A program made the translations under genes and the position numbers. 64,000 bases of DNA from a virus: IMG/VR virus record IMGVR_UViG_3300028844_006278; one strand, given 5' to 3'. The notes under the pieces were generated by a model. The model did no database searches, was not told the DNA's origin, and worked only from the letters and a program-made list of their open reading frames with translations. Of the stretch, positions 1-10,195 are shown one piece after another (position 1 is the first letter of the stretch; each line of letters begins with the position of its first letter).

Positions 1-662
1 TCCAGGGCAACAATGTCATGGATAGTGACGTTGTTGACAAGGGCAGTAGCCGCGGTCAGGTGACGGGTCGTGCTTGGGAGACCCTTCATGGCAAGAGCCA
101 AAGAATCACGGGACATAGCGCCCACAGTGATGTTACCCATGGCACCGACTTCGGTGACGCGAGGACTGGCAGCTGCGCTCTGCTCGTCCAACGTACCGAC
201 TACAGTGTTTACTGCGGCCATGTACTTACGGTCTTCCTCTGCGAGGATGTCCTTAAGCATAAGGTCGTTAAACACCTGACGGATGTCGAGGTCATAGGTC
301 ATGAGGTTAGCCACATCGGCGATGAAGCGAGCCGACATGATGCGGTCAAACATCACACGGTAGCGCGGAGCATCGATGTAGTGGTTCATCGGGACGTTGC
401 CAAACGGCACCGAAATGGCGGGAGGTGTGTCCGGCTCAGTATCCTTGACAATAACCGGCTTGACGGTATCGACCTGACGGTCGAGATCGGCGGGGGTAAC
501 CGGGATTGGGGGCTGGATGCGTCGAGCAAAACCATCTTCGCGAGCTTTGAGGCGAAGGTAGTCGTCCACACCATTCTGAGCGGTCTTCTGCACGTAGGGA
601 TCCGAGGAACCCAGGGATTCGATGACCGTCTGATTACGGGTACTGGTCTCTGTATTCAACAT
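1..662 (-). CDS. Major capsid protein, HK97-like fold (5' part; continues beyond window start)
   Basis: Not in ORF track (no stop inside window). Manual translation from ATG 662 (SD AGGAG at 673-677): MLNTETSTRNQTVIESLGSSDPYVQKTAQNGVDDYLRLKAREDGFARRIQPP...FDRIMSARF...DIRQVFNDLMLKDILAEEDRKYM. Pattern and position after protease/scaffold/decoration genes fit an MCP; strongly C-ending codons suggest high expression. Confidence 0.8.
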   Translation of the reverse strand, partial: MLNTETSTRNQTVIESLGSSDPYVQKTAQNGVDDYLRLKAREDGFARRIQPPIPVTPADLDRQVDTVKPVIVKDTEPDTPPAISVPFGNVPMNHYIDAPRYRVMFDRIMSARFIADVANLMTYDLDIRQVFNDLMLKDILAEEDRKYMAAVNTVVGTLDEQSAAASPRVTEVGAMGNITVGAMSRDSLALAMKGLPSTTRHLTAATALVNNVTIHDIVAL

Positions 663-680
663 AATGTCTATTCTCCTATG

Positions 681-1325
681 TTACGGGGTGACTGCTCGTG
701 CGGGCAGGTACACCGGCCAGAACTGGAGAACGTCTTGCCCGTACGTTTCCGTACGCGCACCAGTGGAGACTACTCCAACGATGTTCTCTTCCAAGGCAAG
801 CTCGCCGCCTGCCTGAATAGTACCGACATCGAGCCAGCCTTCGGGGTAACTGTCCGTGGGCTCGCCGCCGACGGTAGTGTATCCGATGAGCGGATCGTTC
901 TCGTTGTAGGTCGAACCAGTGTTGAACTCAGTGGTAACGAGTTCGAAGCCACCGGTAGCAACGAGGGTGCCGACCTTCTTAGTAAGCACAGTGCTGTTAT
1001 CGCTGGCCAAGGTCTGGCCTGCGATGTTACCTGCGTCTACGCGAAACAGAGAATTAGCCCCTGCGCCCCAGGCACCACCGCCTGTAACGTCGAGGTCATA
1101 ACTCGCATTGATAGCGAACAACGCCATAGCGTGTCCACCGAGGGTGCCGGCCAGATCTTCGAAGGGGATCAATTCCCCGTCAGCATCCAGCCCCAGCAGA
1201 GAACCACGGTTCCAATTCGCCGCCGAATCGCCATTACCTTGGAACTGCAGGTCGTGCATTCCATTGTAGCCGGAGATCGGGGTGAGGAGGTGATCGTAGT
1301 TCTGTCCAGGAGTGATATGAGCCAT
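681..1325 (-). CDS. Putative capsid decoration/cement protein
   Basis: Start probably MAHIT at 1325 (GGAGG at 1334-1338). Gly-rich beta-type protein ending ENIVGVVSTG, directly upstream of the MCP gene. Confidence 0.55.
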   Translation of the reverse strand: MAHITPGQNYDHLLTPISGYNGMHDLQFQGNGDSAANWNRGSLLGLDADGELIPFEDLAGTLGGHAMALFAINASYDLDVTGGGAWGAGANSLFRVDAGNIAGQTLASDNSTVLTKKVGTLVATGGFELVTTEFNTGSTYNENDPLIGYTTVGGEPTDSYPEGWLDVGTIQAGGELALEENIVGVVSTGARTETYGQDVLQFWPVYLPARAVTP

Positions 1326-1372
1326 CCTGAATTCCTCCAAATTTGAGGGTTAGTGTTTTTCCCGGCTGGGTA

Positions 1373-1858
1373 TTAGCCTGCCGAGAGGTTGTCAAAACAC
1401 TGCTCGAATGCCCGATCTGACTCCCGCGCTTGCGCAGAGGCAGATGCCTGACCTGTCGGTACAGCGTGTCCCAATTTCGGCATCTCCGCGCCCGCACTAT
1501 CCGAGCTGATGCGCTGATCCGCGAGCTTATCCAAAAAGGTAAGCAACGAATTGGCGGCATCGTCCTGAATAGCCTGCAAGGCCTGCTGGCGACTGCCTTC
1601 TTTGAGAAATCCTGCTTGGATAACCTTGTCGACGGTGCTTTCTATAGCGCCGTCCTCGAGGCTAGCCTGTTTGTCCTGTCCGTCTTCCGAGCACATACTG
1701 CACTTGTCGTAATCCTTGCCGCAGGCGCACTTGCCTTCAACGCTGGCGAGCTTCTCCTGGAGGCCGTGGATTTCGGCGGACTGGTCTTTGATAATGCTTT
1801 GCGTATCCGAGACATACGTGGCGATGTCGGCGGCCGCTTCTTTAGTGAGTGAGATCAT
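1373..1858 (-). CDS. Head assembly/scaffold-like protein
   Basis: ORF 1373..1894; likely start MISLTKEA at 1858 after GAGGA. Coiled coil, CxC..CxxC, several K-x-A motifs; lies in head module. Confidence 0.5.
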   Translation of the reverse strand: MISLTKEAAADIATYVSDTQSIIKDQSAEIHGLQEKLASVEGKCACGKDYDKCSMCSEDGQDKQASLEDGAIESTVDKVIQAGFLKEGSRQQALQAIQDDAANSLLTFLDKLADQRISSDSAGAEMPKLGHAVPTGQASASAQARESDRAFEQCFDNLSAG

Positions 1859-1888
1859 ACTGGTGTCCTCTCCGTTCTGGGGGATATT

Positions 1889-1904
1889 TAGCATACGTAT
1901 GCTA
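1889..1904. promoter_or_regulatory. 16-bp palindrome TAGCATACGTATGCTA, copy 1 of a repeated motif
   Basis: Perfect palindrome just after the stop at 1912; related copies at 21258, 30145, 48386 and 57965. Confidence 0.55.
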
Positions 1905-1911
1905 TGTCCCG

Positions 1912-2835
1912 CTATTCCGCGATGGGAGCTGCTGCTTCGTCGCCGGACTCTTCCAAGACTTCGGACATGACCTCTGCCAGCTCGTCGGGAGAAATCCCGG
2001 CTTCCTGCAGAGCCTGTACGTCTTCTACGGCCTGGGCGAGTTCGTCGGCAGTTACACCGGCTTCGTCGAGGGCATCAGCAAGTGCATCGATGGTCGCATC
2101 GCCGCCTTCTTCCTCGACAGCAGCACCGTCTTCCATTTCAGCCGCGGCTGCGGGAAGTGCGGCCTCTTCGGGGAGGATAGCTTCGGGGAATTCCATAGCG
2201 ACCTTGTCGAGGATGCCGGAGATGCCGCCGGCCTTTTCGATAAGGGCGGGGTCGATCTTGTTCTCAGCACAGGCTGCTTGGAGGTCCTGCTGGTCCTTGG
2301 CGCGCTTATGCATGCCGTAGAGATAGCCTTCGTAGTACTCTTGAGCAGCTTCGGCAGCCTGGGCGGCCATCTTATCGAGAGCGGTCGGAGCTTTAACGCT
2401 TTCGACAGGAGCCTCGGCAGACTCTGAGGCCGCCTTGAAGAGGACTTCGAGAATAGCGTTACCGAGGTTCTCGGCACGAGCTACTTTCTGCTCGCTGTTG
2501 ATCTCAGTCTTCTTGACGGGACCGATATTGCCTTTCTGCTCGACGGGATCGTCGGTAGTAAGGGTCTGCGTGCCCTGGGTCTCTGCGAACGTATTGCCGG
2601 CACCTTCCTTATTGTCGGGAGCGGAGCTGACGGTGGAGCCGGAGTCATTAGCAGCTTGTGTCTGCTCGACGCCGAGATTGGTCTGCGATTCAGCAGGGTC
2701 CTTCTCCTTCATCTGCTCTTGGGGCGTGGCGTCCTTCGTGTCTTTGAAGGATGCTTCTTTCTGTGCTTGGGCCCGGACGGGCTCCAAAAACGTGTTGATC
2801 AAGGACAGGCTGTCCTGAATGCTGCGATTACTCAT
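1912..2835 (-). CDS. Putative scaffolding protein
   Basis: Acidic, Ala/Glu-rich 307 aa between protease and MCP; motifs KEAS, KVAR, KAAS, KMAA, KRAK, KVAM. Confidence 0.55.
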   Translation of the reverse strand: MSNRSIQDSLSLINTFLEPVRAQAQKEASFKDTKDATPQEQMKEKDPAESQTNLGVEQTQAANDSGSTVSSAPDNKEGAGNTFAETQGTQTLTTDDPVEQKGNIGPVKKTEINSEQKVARAENLGNAILEVLFKAASESAEAPVESVKAPTALDKMAAQAAEAAQEYYEGYLYGMHKRAKDQQDLQAACAENKIDPALIEKAGGISGILDKVAMEFPEAILPEEAALPAAAAEMEDGAAVEEEGGDATIDALADALDEAGVTADELAQAVEDVQALQEAGISPDELAEVMSEVLEESGDEAAAPIAE

Positions 2836-2851
2836 TTGATGAGTCTCCTAA

Positions 2852-5443
2852 TTAGGATTTGGCTTGGTTATGGACTACGACGCGGTGTGCGTACTTGTCT
2901 GCCCCGATGCCAGCCAGTAGTGAGATTTGATATTTCGCGTACTCATGCGACAAAACTCTTGACTCAGCACTCATTGTCGGCTCAACAAACATACTTGCCC
3001 GCTTGTGTTGCGGAGGACCGCCTTGGATAACTACGAGGGTTATCCTACGACGAACCGGGTCATCTTCAATTGAGAAACTTGGTTTTATATCTTTAGCCAA
3101 GTCCTCCAACTCTCTCCAATAGGTAGGAGAAAGCGGAGTATAACTTGAATCCGATATAGCTCCGGACGCGGAGCACGCCGCATCGGGGGCTCCACATTCG
3201 GCTTCAGTAAAGGCGCCCCGCATAGCTGGGCACATATTATCGATGCCTGGGATCTGATCTTTGTCCTTCTTAGTGACTATCTGGGCAAAGGATTCCGGAG
3301 GCAGTAAAATCTTATGATTAGCAAGGCAGCCGAGTACATCTTCCAGGGGGAATTCCTTTAGACGCTTAATGATATCCTCGGGAAGTTCTTCGTCCGGGAA
3401 GGCTAAGGATAGATCTGACTCTTCTGGGGTGAGTCCTTCTGCTAAGATCTTCTTTTCGATCTCTGCGAGCTTAGACAGAGCATGGGCGTTATTCTTCTCG
3501 GATTCTGAGCCGACCTTGCTGATAAGGGATAGCGGAAGATACATGTTAGTAGCGTCATCTGCCGTGGGGTCTATCCCGCCGTTGCTGGCTACCTTGGCTA
3601 GTGCGAACGCTATCCTATCGGCCGGGACACGGACTTTAGATATGTCGTGGAAATGGGGCTTATCATTGATCGCATAGACCTGGTGACCTTCTTTAGTGAT
3701 CCCCAGCTTATTATACTTGAGGTGCTCGCAGTAGTTAGCGCGTGTCTTTGCCTCGTTGCCACATACCGAGCAGATATCGAAAGGAACGCCGCAGTTGTGG
3801 GTAGATATGCCGTTCGCCAAGTAGCTGTGGTGTTCCGATTCGACCTCTAAGTTAAAGACGTCTGTGCTTCTAACAGTCACGTCAATGCTAGATACTGGGA
3901 CCAGCATATGATCTCCGACTATTCTCCTAGTGCGTCTAGTTTTGGCTGTTCCTTTAATCTCAGGAATCTTGGAGCTTAGGCCGTGTAGAGCCTCTGTAAG
4001 CACCCTGCTGCACCACAGCTGATATTCGTATGTGAAACCATCCTCTGTGTTAGCTGACGCGCTTGTGACGTGCTTGATATTGTTTATCGATACAGGATGT
4101 CCAAGCATAGGGAATAAAATCTGAAGCTGGATCGCCAGCTCTCTGCTGGAAGTGCTGAAGTAGGCATTGCCTCTAACGGAGTCAACATCTGATGAGGTAT
4201 AGTACCCGCCGTCTCCCTCATGATATCCTCCAAGCAGTTCCCACAAAGCTCCGTCTACCCACTGGAATACGGAAGGATGGATGTACTTATTTTTTGCCCC
4301 TGATCCAAATAGCATTAGTAGTGTTTTAGCCAGGTCTGCATCGAACAAGTTGATTGAGAAGGCTTGGTCGCAGTCTCTTCTTTTTGACTCTACTGGAGGG
4401 TTTCTAGTCCCTATCTCCCGGCATATGTCGTTTATGCGCTCTCTTAGTGTGTCTGACGCATGACACGTAAAGCATATGCCTGAGGGGGTGCCGTCCTTAT
4501 TGAACAGCACGTAGCCCTCAGCCAAGTAGTATCCGCAAAGCCGGGCAAAAGCTTCCGTTGCGTAAGCAGGATGAGCTACTGTTCTTGATAGGGGAGTCAG
4601 TAGGAGATCTCCCTCTAAGATTTCCGACGCCTCTAGCCACTCAGCGCGGTCAATTACATCTCCATCCAAGATAAATCTGCCGCGCTTAAAGGCCTTTTCC
4701 CTACGTACCACCAAGAACGGGTGATTGGGGGTGCATTCTAGGGGAAGTCCTCCTGTGGGCTTTATGGTGTAGATCTCGATGTCATCATACGATAATGAGC
4801 GAATAGCATCTACTTTTGAGCTCTCACCTGTGTGCAGTCGAACCTCGTCGCCTACGGCCACGTCTTGAATGGGAACTTGAGACATGTCGGACATTGTGAC
4901 TAGTGTTCCGGATAGGAAGCAGCCCATTGAAAATAAGACAGGAGTATCGGACGCCAGTTTATTCAGCGAGTCTGCCCATATATCGTTATCCAGCTTGACG
5001 ACTAGTTCCCCTCTATGCATTGCCGGGTTATAGGCCTCTAGCTCTATACTTCCTAACGACTTAGCTCCTTTGCGGGAATTGTGGTGCTCCCTATACACTC
5101 CGCCGTATTTGCTGAACGTGCTGTGATACTGTGTAAGGCCGCCGTCGATCTTCTTCTGATATTCCCTGCCTGTGCGGTGATGCTCTGGGACGGTGATAGT
5201 CCCTTCCTTCTCGTTGAAGAAGTCCGCATTGTTGTTAGGGCCGTAGAACTCTCCCGCACCTGTGGTAATGAGATGCACAAAGCTCTTACCCTTCTCCGGC
5301 TTGATGTCCATATGCATAACGTATTCCGACGCGGCGATCTTCGACATCTGCATCCTATCGACCCCTCGGCTGTGCACATCTATGAGATGGGCCGCCGGGT
5401 GGTCCTGGAACCAGCTTGTAGGGAGTATGCTCTTAGGGATCAT
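2852..5443 (-). CDS. Prohead (capsid maturation) protease with intein
   Basis: Spliced extein reads VYREHHN...ELVVKLD...FSMG|CGVPFDICSVCGNEAKTRANYCEHL...FHDISKVRVPADRIA, the His / SMG / Zn-knuckle / S-x-V-x-x-P-A pattern of assemblin/HK97-type head proteases; located in head module. Confidence 0.75.
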   Translation of the reverse strand: MIPKSILPTSWFQDHPAAHLIDVHSRGVDRMQMSKIAASEYVMHMDIKPEKGKSFVHLITTGAGEFYGPNNNADFFNEKEGTITVPEHHRTGREYQKKIDGGLTQYHSTFSKYGGVYREHHNSRKGAKSLGSIELEAYNPAMHRGELVVKLDNDIWADSLNKLASDTPVLFSMGCFLSGTLVTMSDMSQVPIQDVAVGDEVRLHTGESSKVDAIRSLSYDDIEIYTIKPTGGLPLECTPNHPFLVVRREKAFKRGRFILDGDVIDRAEWLEASEILEGDLLLTPLSRTVAHPAYATEAFARLCGYYLAEGYVLFNKDGTPSGICFTCHASDTLRERINDICREIGTRNPPVESKRRDCDQAFSINLFDADLAKTLLMLFGSGAKNKYIHPSVFQWVDGALWELLGGYHEGDGGYYTSSDVDSVRGNAYFSTSSRELAIQLQILFPMLGHPVSINNIKHVTSASANTEDGFTYEYQLWCSRVLTEALHGLSSKIPEIKGTAKTRRTRRIVGDHMLVPVSSIDVTVRSTDVFNLEVESEHHSYLANGISTHNCGVPFDICSVCGNEAKTRANYCEHLKYNKLGITKEGHQVYAINDKPHFHDISKVRVPADRIAFALAKVASNGGIDPTADDATNMYLPLSLISKVGSESEKNNAHALSKLAEIEKKILAEGLTPEESDLSLAFPDEELPEDIIKRLKEFPLEDVLGCLANHKILLPPESFAQIVTKKDKDQIPGIDNMCPAMRGAFTEAECGAPDAACSASGAISDSSYTPLSPTYWRELEDLAKDIKPSFSIEDDPVRRRITLVVIQGGPPQHKRASMFVEPTMSAESRVLSHEYAKYQISLLAGIGADKYAHRVVVHNQAKS
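3794..4921 (-). mobile_element. Intein with LAGLIDADG homing endonuclease (376 aa)
   Basis: Block A CFLSGTLVTMSD, block B LECTPNHPFL, LAGLIDADG-like RLCGYYLAEG and LLGGYHEGDG, end VFNLEVESEHHSYLANGISTHN followed by Cys+1. Confidence 0.93.
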
Positions 5444-5464
5444 ATAGAGAGGGCCTCTTGTATC

Positions 5465-6958
5465 CTAGATGATATTAGGGGGAGCGCCTGTATTATTAGC
5501 AGGGGCGGGGGCAGGCATTTTAGCTGGGGCTTTCTTGTCCGACGAGGTTAGCACATCTGCTGCTAATGATGCACTTGATTTTATCGCCCTACCGGCCGAG
5601 TCGGCAATATTCCTGACGCCTAGCGAGCCCTGTAGAGCAGTGGGTCTCTCTGGACGCTGCGCTTCTAGGCGTTCTTTCTGTGCTAATTCGTCTGACGCTT
5701 GATCTCTCTGTTGGTCGCGAAGACCTTTTGAGATATCGGCCTCGGTCTTCAGCTCGAAGGGATCCTTAAGGCCGGAGGACTGGATATTCTTGATCATAAG
5801 GCTGCTGAGGATCTCAGGCTTATTGTACGCCTCCGGGACCGTGCTTACTGCTGCGTTGTACGCCTTGAGAAGCTCCCCGTGTCCGTACGCCTTAAGCTCT
5901 GGGTGATACAAGGACAGCAGGATGAATGTCCTCTTGGCCTCCTGGCCCTTCATCTCGTTGAACTGGTCCGCGTCCAGCAGCTCTTCTTCAACAGTCTTTA
6001 CATGCTTCCGGGCCGACATAGCGTCCACGATCTTATCAGAAGACACTCCCGCGCCTGCGAGGAAGTTAGCCAGCGCATTAGCTGCGAAGTTAGATCCGAA
6101 TTCTCCGCTGGCTGCCTCTTTATCAACAAAGAGGGCCATCTCGGTCTCAGCCTTTGCCATGTTCTCGGCCGCGGTATACAGACGGTTGATGGTTACGTAA
6201 GGCTCTTGAGTCGGGAAGCATACGCAGTTAGCGGTCTTAGTCATCTCTGGGAAGTCTACTCGAGCCTTGTATTCGATGATGTCCAGCAGCCCTTTACCTG
6301 TAGTCGGGTACCCGTTAACAATATACTGAGCTACCTTGCGCAGTCCTCGCGGAGTTAGAGGAGCCAGGTGCTCGCACACCTCGTCAAGGGCTCGCTCGAA
6401 GGCCATTTTATGGAACTGGATCTTCATGCGCAGTTCCTCCTTCAGCTTACTAGTAACGGCCGTCTTCTCCAGACAGGCCTGCTTTAGAAGTCGGTCGCAG
6501 GTACTTACCTCTTCTGCTGTGAGTTCCTTCTTGCTGGACGGCGCAGTCTGTAGGTGGTCGGAGGCCGTCTTGGCAAACATGTCTAGTGCAGCGGCTTCGT
6601 CCGCCTGCCGCAGCGCCTTGTGGGACTCTTCGAATAGAGCGTCCTTGGAAAAAGAAGGTAGGGCGAACACGGCTGCCGTCTTCTCGGTAGGCGTATAGAT
6701 GGATCGTAAGATCTCTTGCGTATTGGCTAGTTCGAACGGATTGGCGCGCTCGTCCTGGGACGCCGCCTTAAACACGTGTACCGACTTCGATTTATTAAAG
6801 GCCTCCGCCATTCGGCTGATCTTCTCAGGGCCGTACTTCTTATCTGCGGCTACCTTAGCTATAGCGTCATTGGGGGACAGTCCACTATGAGTGAGTCCTA
6901 TGGACTGCTCGATCGCACTAACTAATTCGTTCTCTTCCCTAGGCGAGAGCATTTTCAT
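5465..6958 (-). CDS. Hypothetical virion-associated protein
   Basis: About 497 aa (start MKML at 6958 after GGAG), helical; EKTA twice, AKTAS, TKTAN, DKEAAS. Confidence 0.6.
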   Translation of the reverse strand: MKMLSPREENELVSAIEQSIGLTHSGLSPNDAIAKVAADKKYGPEKISRMAEAFNKSKSVHVFKAASQDERANPFELANTQEILRSIYTPTEKTAAVFALPSFSKDALFEESHKALRQADEAAALDMFAKTASDHLQTAPSSKKELTAEEVSTCDRLLKQACLEKTAVTSKLKEELRMKIQFHKMAFERALDEVCEHLAPLTPRGLRKVAQYIVNGYPTTGKGLLDIIEYKARVDFPEMTKTANCVCFPTQEPYVTINRLYTAAENMAKAETEMALFVDKEAASGEFGSNFAANALANFLAGAGVSSDKIVDAMSARKHVKTVEEELLDADQFNEMKGQEAKRTFILLSLYHPELKAYGHGELLKAYNAAVSTVPEAYNKPEILSSLMIKNIQSSGLKDPFELKTEADISKGLRDQQRDQASDELAQKERLEAQRPERPTALQGSLGVRNIADSAGRAIKSSASLAADVLTSSDKKAPAKMPAPAPANNTGAPPNII

Positions 6959-7016
6959 GTAACGTATTCTCCAAATGTGGAACATATGTACCTAATAATA
7001 GGAACATACACCTTCT

Positions 7017-7937
7017 TTATTTATCTAAAACTCGTTTCGAGAGTTCTGCATTAGGCTTAAAATGGGGAGAGATCCCCGGCTCGTAAAATGTTCTCGCCTC
7101 TTTTACCAGGGCGGGGATGCTCGGATCCATCAAGGCCTGCTCGAGAGACTCCAACACGCTGCGACCAGTCTCTTCTGTGAGAGATCCGGTGCCGGCGATG
7201 TTTTTAGCCATAGCGGAGTTCTGCATGCTCCAGTGCCTGTCCGCATGGTCGAGGACCGCTAACGCGTCCTGCCGATACATGTTTCGCAGACTGGACGTGA
7301 GGTTGAACTCTCCGTAAGATCGTCGGAAGGAACTTACGTCCCGGAACCAAGTCTTTATCGGATCCGGCAGCATCCCGCCGGCTCGGAACGCAACAAACTC
7401 GCGGAACGCATCGAAGCCTTGGGTATACGCAATAATCTTCCACGTAAAGTCGCAATCGGTGGCGGCATGTGTTTTAGCCAGAGACTGCGCTAGTATGCTG
7501 CATAGGACATTAGCCTTGCGTTCCCGGTAGTGGTCAATATCGAAGTACACTTTGCGGTACATCTCGATCGTCTCGGCTCCGTGTAGCGGGCAGAACTCGT
7601 TAGCGATCTCTTTGTTCGTAGCGTCTGTCATCAGCATCGCCTCTACGAGCCACCGATACCCTCCTTGATTGCCTGCGTGGAGGTGGATCATAAATGCCTC
7701 GTGCATTGCCGGATACTTGGCAATGTACTCTGGATTGCGCTCTACGATCTCTTGTCGGCTGCCGTAGAACTCACATGCGGTCACCAAGTGCGTGTCCAGA
7801 GCTCGTCTGGCCTCTCGTATCTCCTTCTCGGCAGTGACTAGGGAGCTGTCGACAAAGCACCGCATGGCAATAGTCCACCGCCAGTTCGGTGCTCGGAGAT
7901 ACGAGGGGATCTGGGCTTGGTGCCGAACCAGATGCAT
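7017..7937 (-). CDS. Hypothetical protein (possible HTH-like segment)
   Basis: 306 aa, coupled (TAATG) to the upstream gene; segment MLMTDATNKEIANEF...ETIEMY is HTH-like. Confidence 0.55.
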   Translation of the reverse strand: MHLVRHQAQIPSYLRAPNWRWTIAMRCFVDSSLVTAEKEIREARRALDTHLVTACEFYGSRQEIVERNPEYIAKYPAMHEAFMIHLHAGNQGGYRWLVEAMLMTDATNKEIANEFCPLHGAETIEMYRKVYFDIDHYRERKANVLCSILAQSLAKTHAATDCDFTWKIIAYTQGFDAFREFVAFRAGGMLPDPIKTWFRDVSSFRRSYGEFNLTSSLRNMYRQDALAVLDHADRHWSMQNSAMAKNIAGTGSLTEETGRSVLESLEQALMDPSIPALVKEARTFYEPGISPHFKPNAELSKRVLDK

Positions 7938-10141
7938 TATACCGCAATGTCCTCTGAGAGGGAGCCGAAGATGTCTTCCGAGAATGTGGGATTGTATGAC
8001 GTCTTCTCGCGGAGGAAGAGGATAAGATCTCCTGTCTTCTTAAAGACATTAAGGAGTGTGTCCTCTAGCTTAGTGAGGTCATCCTTACCGTAACGGGCCT
8101 CGAACTCATCGTTATGCCAGTAGAACAGGAACAGCATGCGACCCACCTTATCCATGCCTACGACCATGTCGGAGATATAATCCTTACGGATCTCCGAGAT
8201 ATCGGCCTTATCGATAAGGCCCTGCAGGACGCGGACATCGAACACTTCCTTGATCCCCTGCTCGGCAGCCTGCGTGGCCTGTCCGATTACCGTCTCCGGT
8301 AGAATAGGGGAATTGTCGGATGCCGACGGGGCGGTAAGTGCCTTTCCTTGTCTGGAATCTGTCTCTTCGGTTACTGCTTCTTCCTGAGAAGTAGCAGGAC
8401 CTCCCATCCACGGCGGCTCGGCATACCCGTACGCAGCTGTATCGTAGGGTGCGGCGTGTTTGATGAGGTATCCTTTGCAGGAGTTCGGAGCTGAGTGAGC
8501 CTCCTTCAGCATCTGCAGGGCCTGGCCGCCTCCGATTCCGTGCCTCCAGATGAGGTGTTTTATAGCAGCCTCTTTAGAGATTAGCCCTGTGGAGCTCTCT
8601 CCGAACAGTACCTGAGCGTTAGAGCCGGAGCTATGGATACGCAGGTGACGGAGATTGGCCTGCTTGTGGATTACCTGGTGCAGGACCGTCGAGGAGTTCC
8701 CTAGAGACACATCACGAGGAGTGTGCTGCTTGGGATATGCCGGCGTGCGTCCGTCGAACAGCGACCGGCGAGTAAAGATCCGAGTGCCTTCCGGAACAAA
8801 CAGACGGCCGGTCTCTAGGCGGAGCTGGGCGTCCGGGCCGACGAACTCTACGCGGACTACACTCGGGCAGGAATCCCCTGCGAATGCTTGGTGACCGTCG
8901 GTATATCCCGTACTGTTGCTAACTGTGACGGAGAATGATCCGTCGGGATTGCCTTCACGGTTGACGATACGAGTCAGGATAGAGTTCTGAGGGCTCTGGA
9001 CAAATAGAAGCCCGGTGTCTCGCGCCAGCCCGGCCAGAATAGTTCGGGAGGCCTTCTTGCCGCCTTGGATGCCTGCCATCTCTTCGGACGTTACCCCGGT
9101 GGCCGGTTTACAGTACACGTCGGACGAGCACTTACTGGTATAGCTCTTCGGGTTGTCTATATCGACAAGACATATCTGCCGATTAGAGGAAGGAGCGAAC
9201 CTGCGCGAGGTAATGGAGGCCTCGGAGGTGTGATTAGGCAGAAAGATGATGAATGTCTTAAACGATCCGTCCGACAGTAGGACATCGTACAGGCCCGGGG
9301 ACGTAGGGTTCTGCAGGACAGAACTGTCTACCTCCTCTTGGAAGATCTTAGACAGGTTAGTTCTATTGTCCTTCACATAGATACCGTTACGGACTAGCAG
9401 CTCCTTCTCCCGATCGGCAAGATCCTTCGCCTCCTTGGAAGTCATATCGGAGATTACGACAACGTCGTCCTTCTCGGGCTTATCCGGAGTCGAGGCGCAG
9501 AAAGCAGCGTGCTTGGCCATTACTTCGACCTGACCTGTGTCGTAGAAGGAGAACAGAGAGTTGCTGAAGTCGGTGCTGTTGAGGAAGGTCTCCAAGAAGG
9601 AGTGAGACGCCGACTTACCTAGCTTAGGGATATCCCGGGCCAGGTCTACTGGAGAGAAGTTGGTAGCATCGAGCGCGGCCATCTTTACGGTCATGCGACG
9701 CCAAGTGTCCTGATCGATAATAGAGTTGGCGTCGAAGGATGCTTCCTTGCCTAACGTGACCATGCCCTCATCCAGTATCTGGGTATTCTCCGGAGAGGCC
9801 TTATCTATATTCTGGTCGCTAGCTTCCTCTGCTTGGCCTATCGCTTTCGTGCCCTGCTCTTTTATAGAAGAGATCCAGTTATCGAGAGCCGGCACGAAGA
9901 TGTCCTTCTGCTTGACGTATATTAGGTCTAGCCCTTTGATGTCTCCCTTAATGAAAAACACCGGGATGTATAGCCAGAGATTATTGACTACAAACGCGGC
10001 AATGCCTACCGCCTTCGTGTCGTCCTCTGTCTTGTCGATTACCTGGAATCCCACGCGGTGCTCGACTAATGACGGCAGCTTCTCGCTGATCTGGGAATCG
10101 GCTAGCTGTCCAAACTTCTGCTCAAAACTGACGTCGGCCAT
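7937..10141 (-). CDS. Large hypothetical virion-associated protein
   Basis: 734 aa; GKEAS, VKMAA, GKSAS, KHAA twice; adjacent to RNAP gene. Confidence 0.6.
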   Translation of the reverse strand: MADVSFEQKFGQLADSQISEKLPSLVEHRVGFQVIDKTEDDTKAVGIAAFVVNNLWLYIPVFFIKGDIKGLDLIYVKQKDIFVPALDNWISSIKEQGTKAIGQAEEASDQNIDKASPENTQILDEGMVTLGKEASFDANSIIDQDTWRRMTVKMAALDATNFSPVDLARDIPKLGKSASHSFLETFLNSTDFSNSLFSFYDTGQVEVMAKHAAFCASTPDKPEKDDVVVISDMTSKEAKDLADREKELLVRNGIYVKDNRTNLSKIFQEEVDSSVLQNPTSPGLYDVLLSDGSFKTFIIFLPNHTSEASITSRRFAPSSNRQICLVDIDNPKSYTSKCSSDVYCKPATGVTSEEMAGIQGGKKASRTILAGLARDTGLLFVQSPQNSILTRIVNREGNPDGSFSVTVSNSTGYTDGHQAFAGDSCPSVVRVEFVGPDAQLRLETGRLFVPEGTRIFTRRSLFDGRTPAYPKQHTPRDVSLGNSSTVLHQVIHKQANLRHLRIHSSGSNAQVLFGESSTGLISKEAAIKHLIWRHGIGGGQALQMLKEAHSAPNSCKGYLIKHAAPYDTAAYGYAEPPWMGGPATSQEEAVTEETDSRQGKALTAPSASDNSPILPETVIGQATQAAEQGIKEVFDVRVLQGLIDKADISEIRKDYISDMVVGMDKVGRMLFLFYWHNDEFEARYGKDDLTKLEDTLLNVFKKTGDLILFLREKTSYNPTFSEDIFGSLSEDIAV

Positions 10142-10195
10142 AATAAGTATCCTCTACACTCCTAACTTCGTGAACTAATAAAACTGAATCTGTGT

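Noticed and set aside
18-1346. 442-aa plus-strand ORF and the many other plus-strand ORFs
   Set aside because: Antisense shadows of minus-strand genes with biased codons; no motifs or SD sites, and the MCP and decoration genes occupy the opposite strand.
7017-7937. Terminase small subunit or sigma factor
   Set aside because: Only a vague HTH-like segment; insufficient support.
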